Below are positions 1-11,733 of a DNA stretch of 64,000 nt, in pieces. Source of the DNA: Azolla caroliniana (taxonomy: Eukaryota; Plantae; Polypodiophyta); assembly GCA_043228905.1 (NCBI GenBank), contig JBHGNT010000018.1:11904001-11968000 (forward strand), read 5' to 3'. The notes beneath the pieces are model-generated. The model worked only from the letters and a program-made list of their open reading frames with translations, did not search any database and was not told the origin of the DNA. Both the position numbers and the translations under genes were made by a program. Positions within the stretch are counted from its first letter, which is position 1. The number at the start of each line of letters is the position of its first letter.

Positions 1-723
1 TATGGTAGTAGCTAATTAGCTACTACTTAGCTAATTAGCTACTCAACTAAAGTATGGTAGTCGCTAATTAGCTACCACTTAGCTAATTAGCTACTGTACT
101 AGACTATGGTAGTAGTTAATTAGGTACCACTTAGTTAATTAGCTATTGTACTAAACTATGGTAATAGCTAATTAGCTACCATTTAGCTAATTAGCTATTG
201 TATTAAATTATGGTAGTAGCTAATTAGCTACTCAGCTAAAGTATGGTACTAGCTAATTAGGTACCACTTAGTTAATTAGCTATTGTACTAAACTATGGTA
301 GTAGCTAATTAGCTACCACTTAGCTAATTAGCTACTCAACTAAACTATGGTAGTAGTTAATTAGCTACCACTTAGCTAATTGGCTACTCCACTAAAGTAT
401 GGTAGTAGCTAATTAGCTACCACTTAGCTACTTAGCTACTCCACTAAAGTATGGTAGTAGCTAATTAGCTACCATTTAGACAAGAGAACTATTGTACTAA
501 ACCATGGTAGTAGCTAATTAGCTACAATTTAGCTAATTAGCTACTGTATTAAACTATGGAAGTTTCTAATTAGCTACCACATAGCTAATTAGCTACTATA
601 CGAAAGTATGGTAGTAGCTAATTAGCTACCACTTACCTAATTAACTATTGTACTAAACTATGGCAGTAGCTAATTAGCTATTGTACTAAACTATGGTAGT
701 AGCTAATTAGCTACCACTTAGCC
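1..723. repeat. Tandem array of a ~52-bp unit containing two copies of the palindrome TAGCTAATTAGCTA (begins before the window)
   Basis: Unit tatggtagtagctaattagctaccacttagctaattagctactcaactaaag starts at 1, 53, 105, 157, 209, and so on, with some shorter ~34-bp units. Confidence 0.95.
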
Positions 724-759
724 ATAGAGCTAATCAATATCTCCATTTTATTAGGCAGG

Positions 760-1815
760 TCAATTTATTTATTAGGTTCAGACGAATGCATCCAAATGTC
801 AAAGTTGAACTACGAACATTCGAGTCTCTTAAGACACTTCGTGAGACGCTTGAAGGATCGATACACATGTTGTTGCATATACTATGTACAAATGGGTTTT
901 CTCAAGGATTGTGTTAATCTACTACGTCACCATAGCACCTCTCAAGGACTATTTTGTGGGGAGGGATCCTGCTATAACAGGTTTGGAGATGAGATGGAAT
1001 TTTTTTGGGTCTGGCCATGGTAAAGGTGAACATGTTCTGTTATAAAGCGGGCACTTACCCATGAACAACTAAAAGTAGATGGTGTGCAGATGAATTGTGC
1101 AACACATGTAGTTAAATTTTTAAGAGATAATATGTCAACGAGTGCAATTGGTGTTTATTCCTTGCAAGTCCGAGATATCAAACGTGAATTTTGGGAAGTG
1201 AAGATAGATGAAGTAAATAGGGAGAAGACCTAGGAGTGCCAAGCAATTCCCAAATTGCGATCTCTCCATGCTGTTTGCGGTTATTCTAGGTTGGATGGTC
1301 ATTATATTGTGGTTAGAGAATTAATTTGTTTTTGCTTCTATTGTGTGCAGGGAAATTGGAGGTATTGTTTAAACAAAGCATATATTCAGAATTGGGAGTA
1401 TCATACATTGAACGATAAGGAAGCAGTTGATGGAGAAACAAAAAAAAAATGCTAACTTCACATATCAAGGACGTGGAGATACTCTAAGTGATGTCTTAAA
1501 TGTTGGGGATAATTTCGCTATAAATGCAAAAGAAGGCAATTCAGAGGGTGCTAATTTCTATATATTGAAGTGCACGGTTAGTAAACAACAAAATATATTA
1601 GATGCTTGAGGAAATGTTGTATCTACCGGGACATTCTACATCGAAGGTATTTTTTATGCAAGACTAGATGATTACGAGGCTATTAGAAGACAAACCAGTG
1701 GTGTACATGTACTCTCATTTGGTCAAGTGCATCAATGTTCCAATGTCGCAATACAATAACTGCTCAGGTTTATACACAGTTAGTGCTAATGTGTATGAAT
1801 GTATTTACAATTGTA
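760..1815 (+). pseudogene. Decayed DNA transposase, Sola-like (most like Sola2), internally deleted
   Basis: Frames joined by eye: RMHPNVKVELRTFESL..FVRRLKDRYTCCCIYY, then WNFFGSGHGKGEH (995-1033), VIKRALTHEQLK, and VRELICFCFYC. The HGKG..D motif is recalled as the third-Asp signature of Sola-type transposases. Several stops and frameshifts. Confidence 0.6.
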
Positions 1816-2187
1816 TGCCATGGAATTTGTAGCTACAAGTAGCAATTACCAGTTTTCTTGTAAAACAAACAAAGCACATGTATTGCAAATAAACAGTTTA
1901 ATGGACCTGTTTGGGAGTTTTTTTTATTATATACAGTCTACTTTTTGTGCTTCTTTCTCAACAAAATCGTGTGTCATTTTTATATATAGTCTTCTTTCTG
2001 ATATACAATTTAATAATATCGTTTAGGGTTCTTCTTTCTGAGATGTAGATTTACTCAAGTGAACCATGTACAAGTTAAAATAGTTTGCATAATTTTAAGA
2101 AAAAGCACCATCATGAAATCAACAATCCTGAACATACTCTTAAATTTACATAGTAGATAAGTTACTCAAAACAAGCAATTTAATTCT

Positions 2188-2892
2188 TCATTGATTAAGT
2201 GGTAGCAAATTACATACTTCTAACATCCCATTGCCAATGTCTTCAAATCGCCTATAAACAGCTAAGCTCTTGCTGGTCAGTGGAACTTCTCTACATATAT
2301 GATCTGCATACCGAGCTCGGTATGGAGTCCACAACCATCTAGTTAGTTGGTAGCTCAATGTTTTCACCAAATAGTGTTCAGGCATTTCATCGGGTAGAAT
2401 GAGACAGCATCTACGAATGTTGAAGTAATGTCGAAAATGTTTTGTATCCAAAATCAACGTATTGTCGGCATTATAATCTGGCCAAGTGACCCAAAAATCA
2501 GAAAGTCTTTTGAATCTTGCAACATCCTTCTGCTCACAATTCTCTCTTGTCCATTGACCCTTGAAATGTTGTCGCCACTTCGGGAAGAATCTTTCTACAC
2601 ACTTCCACACATCTGTATGTGGTTTTTCGCTCCAAATAAACAAATCAAAATATTGCACAACCCACTCCAAAAATTGATTTGTGTCCCTCCTTGGTGTCAT
2701 ATATCACACACTCATCATAACTTTATCAAGCTCGAAGATCAAGGCTCTTCTTTCGACTTCTAATGGTTTAGGTTTCAATTCTTGTAACTGAGCCTCTGTT
2801 ACACCAATTACTGGTAGCACACAATCAATTTCAATCAACTCAGGTTCTGTCGGCACAATTGGTGTCCTTTTCCTCTTCAAACCCCTGGTCAA
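2188..2892 (-). pseudogene. FCP1/SCP (NIF, HAD-fold) phosphatase-like domain with degenerate catalytic motifs; one in-frame stop
   Basis: ORFs 2704-2892 and 2188-2700 are in the same frame, separated by one TGA. RALIFELDKV..PRRDTNQFLEWVVQYFDLFIWS..FKRLSDFW..YNADNTLILDT follows the NIF pattern (LVLDLDxT..RP..EFL....FDxxIWS..KDL....NTLLIDD). Confidence 0.65.
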
Positions 2893-3012
2893 CTATGTTG
2901 GGCCTGGCTTCACATTCTGGCGCTCTTGTGTTGTCAACTTAGTCATTGGCTCAGTGCATGTAGATACTGATTTGGTTGATATCAGCCCATTGGTATCACA
3001 TGATGCATCTAC

Positions 3013-3790
3013 CTACAAAATCAAATCATCTGTGTAACATGCTTGATCAACTTGCGTGACCAAATCATTTGTGTCAGTTGCTACATCTACTTTCAAGATG
3101 TGGCCCTCTAAACACGCAGCAACATCAACAGTTTCCACACTACCATCGGCTTTAGGAGCAATAGATTCAAACCCTTTAGACTTTGCAACATCAGAAAACA
3201 CCAACATATTCACACTCACAAAGTAACTAACAGTCTCACAAAACAACATAATGAACATGAAATATTTTCCATCATAGAACAATATGAACATAATTATCTT
3301 GGAGAAACATCATAGAGTTTCATTACATAATGTGGATCAAGCAACAACCAATCTGAGGTTTTCCTTGTCCAAATAGATCATAGTAAAACAATCATATCCC
3401 ACTAATAAGTATTTCGCTCCAATTCAAGAACCCCTTGACCGAGTAACTAGTCTTGTCCCCGATCGTGGCCCCTTCTTCAGCCTTTTTCTAGTCGGTTGCC
3501 CATTTAGCCTTGCTTCTTTGACCCATTGCGCAAGTGTGTCCTCCTCCGACAACCTTTCCATCACCTCAGCAACGGCTTGCAGGTTAGCCGCATCTTGCAC
3601 TAGCTTTTCCAATACAATGGGATCTGTTTGGACATTATCAGTAGTTGGGCTTAGTGGGGTGGAATCAAGGTTTTGGGATTCGAAGCAATATTGCATCAAG
3701 TGTTCAAAAACACTATTGTTGTGAACCTCAGATTTACATGTTGTTTCCAATATTTCATGGCTTTTCACATTCTTGCCTAATTCATTACCG
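3013..3790 (-). other. Possible upstream coding segments of the NIF-like gene
   Basis: Same-strand open frames at 3013-3200 and 3424-3790 with protein-like composition and an NLS-like PTRKRLKK; no domain recognised. Confidence 0.3.
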
Positions 3791-3799
3791 AATCTGAGC

Positions 3800-6700
3800 A
3801 TCAACCGAATCGGAACGCGGAAGACACAGAAACCGTAGTCCCCAAAACCGGGAGAAGTCGGGGACACGGTCAAAGTCAAGGGGGAGGCCTACTTGCTTCT
3901 ATTGCGGCAAGCCGGGTCACTTCCAAAAGAACTGTCGGCATTTCCAAAAAGACAAGGAAACCGACGGTACCGATTTGAAGCCGACCCCGGACCGGAACGG
4001 TAAAGACCGGAGGGGGCCGGACCGGAAGGGAACGACGACAATCGCGGCAAGTGAAGAAGAGTTGATGCTCATCACCGAGGAGAGTGAGATAAACCTTGCT
4101 GGCGATGAGATGACCTGGGTGGTAGACTCCAGAGCGTCGTTCCACCTTACCCCGGACCAGAAATGCTTCTCATCCTACTCAACCGGTGATCACGGTTGTG
4201 TCCAGATGGGGAATGAAGGTACATGTCGAATTGTCGACATAGGAGACGTGTGGCTGTCGACACCAACCGGATGCAAGTTGCTTCCGAGGGATGTCCGACA
4301 CGTTCCGGAGGTTCGACTAAACCTGATATCAGCCGGTCGGCTAGATGATGAGGGCTACACGGGTAGCATCCGGAACGGTGTCATGAAGTTCAGCAAAGGG
4401 AGCCTGATTGTGGCTCCGGCCCGGAAGGTAAACACATTGTACTTGATGAATGCCCGGTTATGTCCAAAAGAAGTGAATGTGGCATCCGACACTGTCGGTG
4501 AGCTGTGGCACAAGAGGCTGTGTCATATGAGCGAGAAGGGGATGAAGAGGCTTGCAGACGACAACCTCATTCCAGTGAAGAACGTGCACTTAGAGAAGTG
4601 CACTGATTGTCTGGTCGGTAAGCAGAACTGGACCTCCTTCCGACCAAGGCCACCGATGAGACGTAATGCACTACTGGAGTTGGTGCATACGGATGTGTGT
4701 CAAGTAGACACGAAGTCACATGCCGGAGCGCAGTACTTCGTGACGTTCATAGATGACCACAGCCGGAAGCTGTGGGCCACACCGTTGAAGACGAAGGATC
4801 AGGTGTTATCCGTGATAAACAGATCACCCTCAGCACCCTCAGCACCCTTGGACGGAGACACGCCACAGAGAGTCTAGACCGGTAAGGAAGTGTCCTACCA
4901 GCATCTTAAGGTATTTGGGTGTCTCGCGTACGTGCATGTAGCTAAGGACCGGAGAGGAAAGTTAGATCCAAAGACCCGGCCATGCATATTCCTCGGTTAC
5001 AGTGACGATGAGTTCGGTTACCGAGTGTGGGACCTGGTTGACAAGAAGGTATTCCGGAGTCGAGATATTATCTTCATGGAGGACAAGACGCTCGCCGACT
5101 GGGAGTCGGAGAAGAAGATAATGAACTCCGAGTCGACCGGTAAGGATCGACTCTACGATGAGCAGACCCAACCGGCAAGAGACCGGTTAGCACTCGAGGG
5201 ACCAGCCGGTTACGGTGTGGATACCGAACAGGCTGAAGAAGAAGTAGAGGAAGCTGAAACCGGAACCGGCCAAGACCCCGAATCAGATTCGGATGAAGAG
5301 CAGATGGATGAGCCGGTCACCGAAGCCCAGAGACGGAGATATCCTCTCAGACAGAGAAGGGCCCCCCGGAGATTTCCGGATGCAGAGCATGTTCTGCTGA
5401 CCGATGAGGGGGAGCCAGAAAGCTTCGAAGAAGCGACAGAAGACACCCACAGCCGAAAATGGTTAAGTGCCATGCAGGATGAGATGGATTACTTGCATGA
5501 GAACCATACGTACGAATTGGTGGAGTTGCCGAAAGGAAAGCGGGCACTCCGAAACAAGTGGGTGTACAAGTTGAAACCGGGAGATGCCGGCAACCCCCCG
5601 AGATACAAAGACAGGATCGTGGTGAAGGGGTTCCAGCAGAAGAAGGCCGTGGACTTCGACGAGATATTTGCCCCGGTAGTAAAGATGACCTCCATCCGGA
5701 TGGTGCTGAGTATAGCGGCAAGCATGGACCTTGAGGTAGAGCAGCTAGACGTGAAGACGGCATTCCTTCACGGTCACCTCGAAGAAGAGATCTACATGCA
5801 GCAACCGGAAGGATTCGTGGAGAAGGGGAAGGAGCACCTGGTTTGCCGGTTGAAGAAGAGCCTCTACGGGTTAAAGCAGGCCCCCCGGCAATGGTACCGG
5901 AAGTTCGACTCCTTCATGACCGATCAAGGGTACCACAAGACACAGGCCGATCACTGCGTGTTTGTGAAGAAGTTCGAAGGAGGCGACTTCCTAATACTCC
6001 TTCTGTACGTGGACGACATGTTGATCATCGGACGTGACCAAGTCAAAATACGGATGCTGAAGAAGGCTCTCAACCGAACCTTCTCAATGAAAGACTTGGG
6101 TCCGGCAAGACAGATGTTGGGGATGCACATCATTCGGGACCGGTCAGTGAAGCAATTATGGCTGTCACAGGAGAAGTACGTGACAAAGGTGCTTCACCGG
6201 TTCAACATGTCAGAAGTGAAACCGGTCGGATCGACACTTCCGGCAAACTGCAGGCTATCCGGTAAGCAGAGCCCGAAGACGAAAGCAGAGAAGGCGGATA
6301 TGATGAAGATTCCATATGCCTCTGCCGTCGGGAGCTTGATGTACGCAATGGTGTGTACCCGACCAGATATAGGATACGCAGTCGGAGTGGTGAGCCGGTT
6401 TATGAGCAATCCCGGCAAGGAGCACTGGAACGCAGTCAAATGGATACTCCGGTATTTGAAGGGCACTTCAAATATGTGTCTCTGATTCGGCTCCGGAAAA
6501 CCTCAACTTGACGGTTTCACCGATTCGGACATGTCGGCTGATGTGGATACCAGCCGGTCTACATCCGGGTATGTAATGACATATGCAGGGGGAGCTGTTT
6601 CGTGGCAGTCGAGGCTGCAGAAGACGGTTGCATTGTCAACCACGGAGGCGGAGTACATGGCAGTTGTGGAAGCCGGCAAGGAAATATTATGGATGAAGGA

Positions 6701-7770
6701 CTTCATCGGAGAGCTCGGTATCCGGCAAGATGAATACCGACTCTATTGCGACAGTCAAAGTGCCATCCATCTTGCTAAGAATGTGGCCTACCATTCCCGG
6801 ACGAAGCATATCCAGCGAAGATATCACTAGATCCAGGAAAGAGTAGATGACCAGGAGTTCGCACTGTCGAAGATCCACACGACCGAGAACGGGTCAAATA
6901 TGTTGACCAAAGTTCTGATACCCGACAAGCTGGATGCATGCCGGAAGCAGATCGGACTGGTAAGACACCCCATGCCGGAGTGAAGGGGGAGTTTGTTGGG
7001 AGACAGGTCCCTCCGGATGGGAAGAGAGAAGAACAATGCCGATGAACAAACTAGGCCAAGACCGGAACCAGATGAGGAGTACCCGGCTACAGAGAGCCGG
7101 ATAACGCAGACCCGGTGAGAGCCGGATGAGGAGTACCTGGCTACGGAGAGCCGGATGACGCAAACCCGGTGAGAACCGGATGAGGAGTACCCGGCTACGG
7201 AGAGCCGGATGACGCAGACCCGGTGAGAACCGGATGAGGAGTACCTGGCTACAGAGAGCCGGATGGTGCAAACCCGGTGAGAACCGGATGAAGAGACATA
7301 TTCGTAAATATGTTTCTGAGAGTCCATCGAGGCTATATTTGTAAATAGCCGAAAAGTCATATTAGTATAAATATGACTTAGGGCAAACTTATAGTAGTAG
7401 TTGTTGTTGTTGTTGTCATTTTTCTTGTTGGTACAAGAAGAAGAGAGAGCACGTAACAGTGTACAGAGAGAGAGAGAGAGAGAGAGAGAAAGAGGTCGTT
7501 GCCTCTATTGTAACAGCCGCCTGTGGCGAAGATCGTGAGCACGAGGTCGTTGCCTCCGTGAACTCACTGTTTTTGTACATTCCAACATAGTGATAGTTTG
7601 CAGCTTGTGGGTTGCCGTGGTTTTTCCCTTAGTTTGGGTTTTCCACGTAAACATCTTGTGCACCTTTCTCTCTCCTTTGTGTCGTGCTTTTCCGTTTCCT
7701 GTTTTCTGTGTATGATTCTAAGCTCGGTTGTGGCCGAGCGTTGTGCATAAGGAGCGTTGAGCTCCCAACA
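3800..7770 (+). mobile_element. Ty1/Copia element 1, 5'-truncated, integrase core deleted
   Basis: Zinc knuckle CFYCGKPGHFQKNC; protease WVVDSRAS; GAG-pre-IN LWHKRLCH; RT QLDVKTAFL and LYVDD; RNase H; PPT gaaggggga at 6982-6990; 3' LTR. In-frame jump KDQVLSV>INRSPS near 4812. Confidence 0.95.
6994..7770 (+). repeat. 3' LTR of Copia-1, containing four 54-bp U3 tandem repeats (7071-7286)
   Basis: Termini TGTTGGGAG...CTCCCAACA; follows the PPT; TATAAATA near 7366; (AG)n near 7465-7488. Confidence 0.92.
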
Positions 7771-7862
7771 TATTCCTGGCCGTCAACCAATTGGACAGAA
7801 GGCGGTGGTGGTATGACACGATTAGGAATTAAAGAGGTGTGGAAAGGTTCCAAAAGAGAGCT

Positions 7863-10800
7863 AACACCGGGTCATTTGAAACAGGTAATATGTCGCATTC
7901 TCTTTTTCATATCTTAGTGAGATGTTAAAAAATGCCTTATTTAAGCAGAATTTCAACAAGGCATGATGCATGTGTATGTGGTTTATGAAAACATAGCGAA
8001 AAAAAGAACTAACTAATATCACGTCAACAAAATCATCCGACGTATATTCTATCTACCATGTTTTTGTCCAAATCTTAGACATGGGTGTATTTGTCAACAC
8101 AAGTATAATAGTAACACGGGTCCTTGTGCATATTCTAAAAAGCATGCCCCATTGAATAAGTGACTTCTTCTAATTATGTGTGTATATTTAAATATAATAC
8201 ATCTTAAAGCAAATTGTGAACCTTGCAATTAAGAGATACTACTATGTCAAGAGAAAATTTCCATTGACACGTGATACATGACACTGTCAATGTATAAATA
8301 AACTAGTCTACAATAACATTCCAATCATACGAGTAAATGATAGAGTATAAACTTATCTCCAATATACCCCAAATGATAAAGGAGAGTTTAGATAACATGT
8401 ACACATACAAGTATACTTAATTTCTAAGTTCAATGATTGTTACACGAAAATTATAAGTAAGCTCAACTTATATATTACGTCAAAATTTAACAATTCATAT
8501 TGTTCAAAATTTACAATAAGCCATAACCATTCAATCGAATAATAAGTCTGGTAAAGCCGTCTACTCAGGATTAGCTCTTTCATCAGGATTGTCCTCATTG
8601 GCTTCGTCAGTACGCTAAGTTGAATTGTTAGTATGTTCAGACTTTGAAACGTCTTCTAATTCAACAAGTTGCCCTGCGTCTTCATCTATAGTTCCACAAG
8701 TTTTCTAAAAGTCATCTGGAACATCTAAGTTTTATTGATATGCTTTGCCCCAACTTCTTGGTCTTGATCAGGACAACCCCAGATACCTTGGATCCTCATT
8801 TTGATGACATTAACTTGCTCAAGGTCCTTCTCTAATGCAACAGAGTTCCTGATAATCTTTAAGGCGTATGTTTTAGTAGTACATGACAGTACAATGAAAT
8901 TGCACAGGTAACATCAAACTGAAGAATAGAATATAACGTTAATCTAAATTGATGTAAGTTTTATATTATATACCTGTGTTAGAAAACTAATCTAAAACCC
9001 ATTGAAAATTTGAAACAATAAAATTTGAAAAAATAAAAAATCTTGGATTTTTAATTGGAATCCAATGCGATGCACTAGATTTCAGTTGAAAATCCAAGTT
9101 TTTTTTTTTGTAATTTTTAAAAAAATTTCCATTAAAAAATAAAAAATGGATTTTCAGCTAAAATACTATGCACTACATTATATTTTAGTATATATAGATT
9201 AGAGTCGAAAATCCATTTTTCTTTTTTCTTTTTCCAATGTTATTTATTTATTTATTTTCCATATAAAAAAATAATAAACGGCTTTTCAATTGAAATCCGA
9301 TACACTACATCAGATCGTAGTCTATACAGCTAGACATTGATGCATTGCATCATATTTTAGCTGGCAATCCTCTTTCTTTTCAATTGTTTTTCATTTTTTC
9401 AAAAAATAAATAAAAATATATTAAAAAAGTGGATTTCCAACTAAAATCTAATGCACTACATCGAATTTCAATTAAAAATCAAAATTTCTTTTAGGTTTTT
9501 CATAAAACAATGAGATAATAAAAAAATATTACATTTTCAACAAAATCTGAACCATTGAGTCGGATTTCAATTGCAAATTAATGTTTTATGAAAAAACATA
9601 AGAAAAATATTGGACTTTCAACGCATCGGATTTCTGTTGAAACTCAGTGATTTTGAACGGAAATCCGATGTAGTGCATCGGATTTCCATTGAAAATCCTG
9701 TTGAAAATGATGTGTTTTCAACGGGAATCCGATGCACTGCATCGGATTCCCGTTGAAAACACATCATTTTAAATGGAGAATATCACAATTTGTTTATTTT
9801 TAACACTTTTTTAGAGAAAAATATAACAAATAAGAAAATTTGTAAACAAACAAGAAAAAGTGGACCTTCAATGGAAATCCGATGCAGTGCATCGGATTTC
9901 CGTTGAAAATCCATTTTTTTCAATTCCTATATATTTATTTATGATAAAAACAAAAACAATTCAAAACAAATTCAAAATATCTGAAAAATTGGAAACAAAT
10001 AAGACAAAATGGATTTTCAATAGAAATCCGATGTAGTGCATCGGATTTCTGTTGAAAACCCATTTTTTGCAATTTTTATTTATTTATTTATGGGAAAAAA
10101 TTTAAAAAAAAATTAAAAAATACAAAAAAATATTTTAAAATATGAAAATTTGGTAACAAATAGCAAAAAGTGGACTTTCAATAGTCGGATTTCCTTTGAA
10201 AATTCATTTTTTCAATTTCTATATAGTTATTTATGAGAAAATAGACAAACAAAATACCAAAAAAAATCTAAAAACTATGAAAATTTGGAAAAAAATAAGA
10301 AAAAGTGGATTTTCTATGGAAATCCAATGCAGTGCATCGGATTTCCATTGAAAATCTATTTTTTCAATATTTATTTATTTTTTATAGAAAAAATTCAAAA
10401 AAATTCAAAAAAATTCAAAAAAAAAGCAAATTTGGAAAAAAATACGTAAAAGTGGACTTTCAACCAAAATCCGATGCAATGCATCGGATTTCCGTTGGAA
10501 ATCCATTTTTTCAATTTTTATTTTTTTTTTTATGGGAAAAATAAAAACAAATTAAAAAACAATTCAAAAAATAAGAAAATTTTCAAAAAAATAAGAGAAA
10601 TTGGATTTTCAATTGAATCTGATGCACGGAATTGGATTTCCATTGAAATCTAATTTTTCAATTTTTATTTATTTATTTACGAGTAAAATAAAAAATGTTT
10701 ATTTATTTATTTATGGGAAAATGTTTTATTTTTTCAATTTGTATTTATTTATGTATTTTCGGGAAATCCATGCAATGTATCATATTTTAGTCTATGTAGC

Positions 10801-11733
10801 TAGAATTCAATGCAATGCATTAAAATGCAAGAGTATTTTTTTAATAGAAATTTTTAAAAAAATTCCAAGACTTACAGGAATCTGATGCATTATATCCAAT
10901 TCTAGATGTATAGAGTAAAATTCGACATGTTGCCTCAAATCTAGATGGAATGAATCGGATTTCTGTACGACATCAAAGGCTTACTATGAGAATCTAAGAA
11001 AAATGGAAAACATCTTTAAGACATTTTTTAGATTCTAATGATTTTGGTAGAAAGCTTCTCTCACATAATCTAATCTTGTAAATGGAAAGTACATAATGAA
11101 ATATCATAACCAAAAAGTGAGGAGGAAAGATGCATCAAGCACATCTACTCTTACATTGGATAATGTTTATATATTAGTGTATGACTTATCTTTGACCAAA
11201 ACAAGTTATCTGTGACAGACCACAATGAAGATACTAAAAGAGGATCTGGAATGTGGCTTCAGACACAACACAAAGACAAACAAGAAGCATGACTCATAAA
11301 CTCGATGAGGTTGGATTGCAATTGGATCAACACAATGCATTAGTTGCCATTGATGATGAGGATGAGACCTCATAAACTCGTACTAGTTCATCTAATGGGT
11401 ATGAAGATGATGACATAAACTTGAAAAATGATTGTCCTGATACGTTAACTATAAATATTGTATTGCACATCAAGATTTGGATTCAGAATTTCTATAAATA
11501 TTGGGGTTAGTCATTTTGGACATTCATTTGTAAGTTTGGCATGTCCATTATTTAGGCATATTTTTGAACACCTAAATTTCCGTACATGTTAAAAATCAAT
11601 ATATTTTTGGGTCATTTTTAAAATTCCTTTACGCATGCGGCACCCCTTTTTGTGAATCACCCTAATTTGTGTCATTTTTTGATGGATAGTTCTCAAAATG
11701 CGACATATTACCTGTTTCAAATGTCCCAGTGTT
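7863..11733. mobile_element. Non-autonomous TIR DNA transposon (3.87 kb) with ~37-bp TIRs and AGCT target duplication
   Basis: Left end aacaccgggtcatttgaaacaggtaatatgtcgcatt (7863-7899) is the near-perfect inverse of 11697-11733. AGCT at 7859-7862 and 11734-11737. Removing the element restores the Gypsy integrase sequence seen at ~49441. Confidence 0.9.
9045..10910. repeat. Internal array of palindromic cores (TCCGATGCA-N-TGCATCGGA) separated by poly(dA:dT)-rich spacers
   Basis: Core centres at 9737, 9887, 10036, 10332, 10479, 10627 and 10775. Perfect palindrome with 33-bp arms at 9704-9770. Confidence 0.92.

Noticed and set aside
1-723. CRISPR array or telomeric repeat
   Set aside because: Contiguous tandem units with no unique spacers and no TTTAGGG.
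6827-7360. 177-aa repeat-protein ORF
   Set aside because: It is the antisense translation of the 54-bp LTR repeats.
8540-8870. Decayed minus-strand coding segment inside the TIR element (and a + strand segment at ~11090-11440)
   Set aside because: Protein-like but full of stops and not assignable to any family by eye.
9045-10910. CRISPR-like appearance (palindromic repeats with spacers)
   Set aside because: The spacers are ~100 bp, A/T-rich and homologous to one another; there are no cas genes and the context is a eukaryotic TE.
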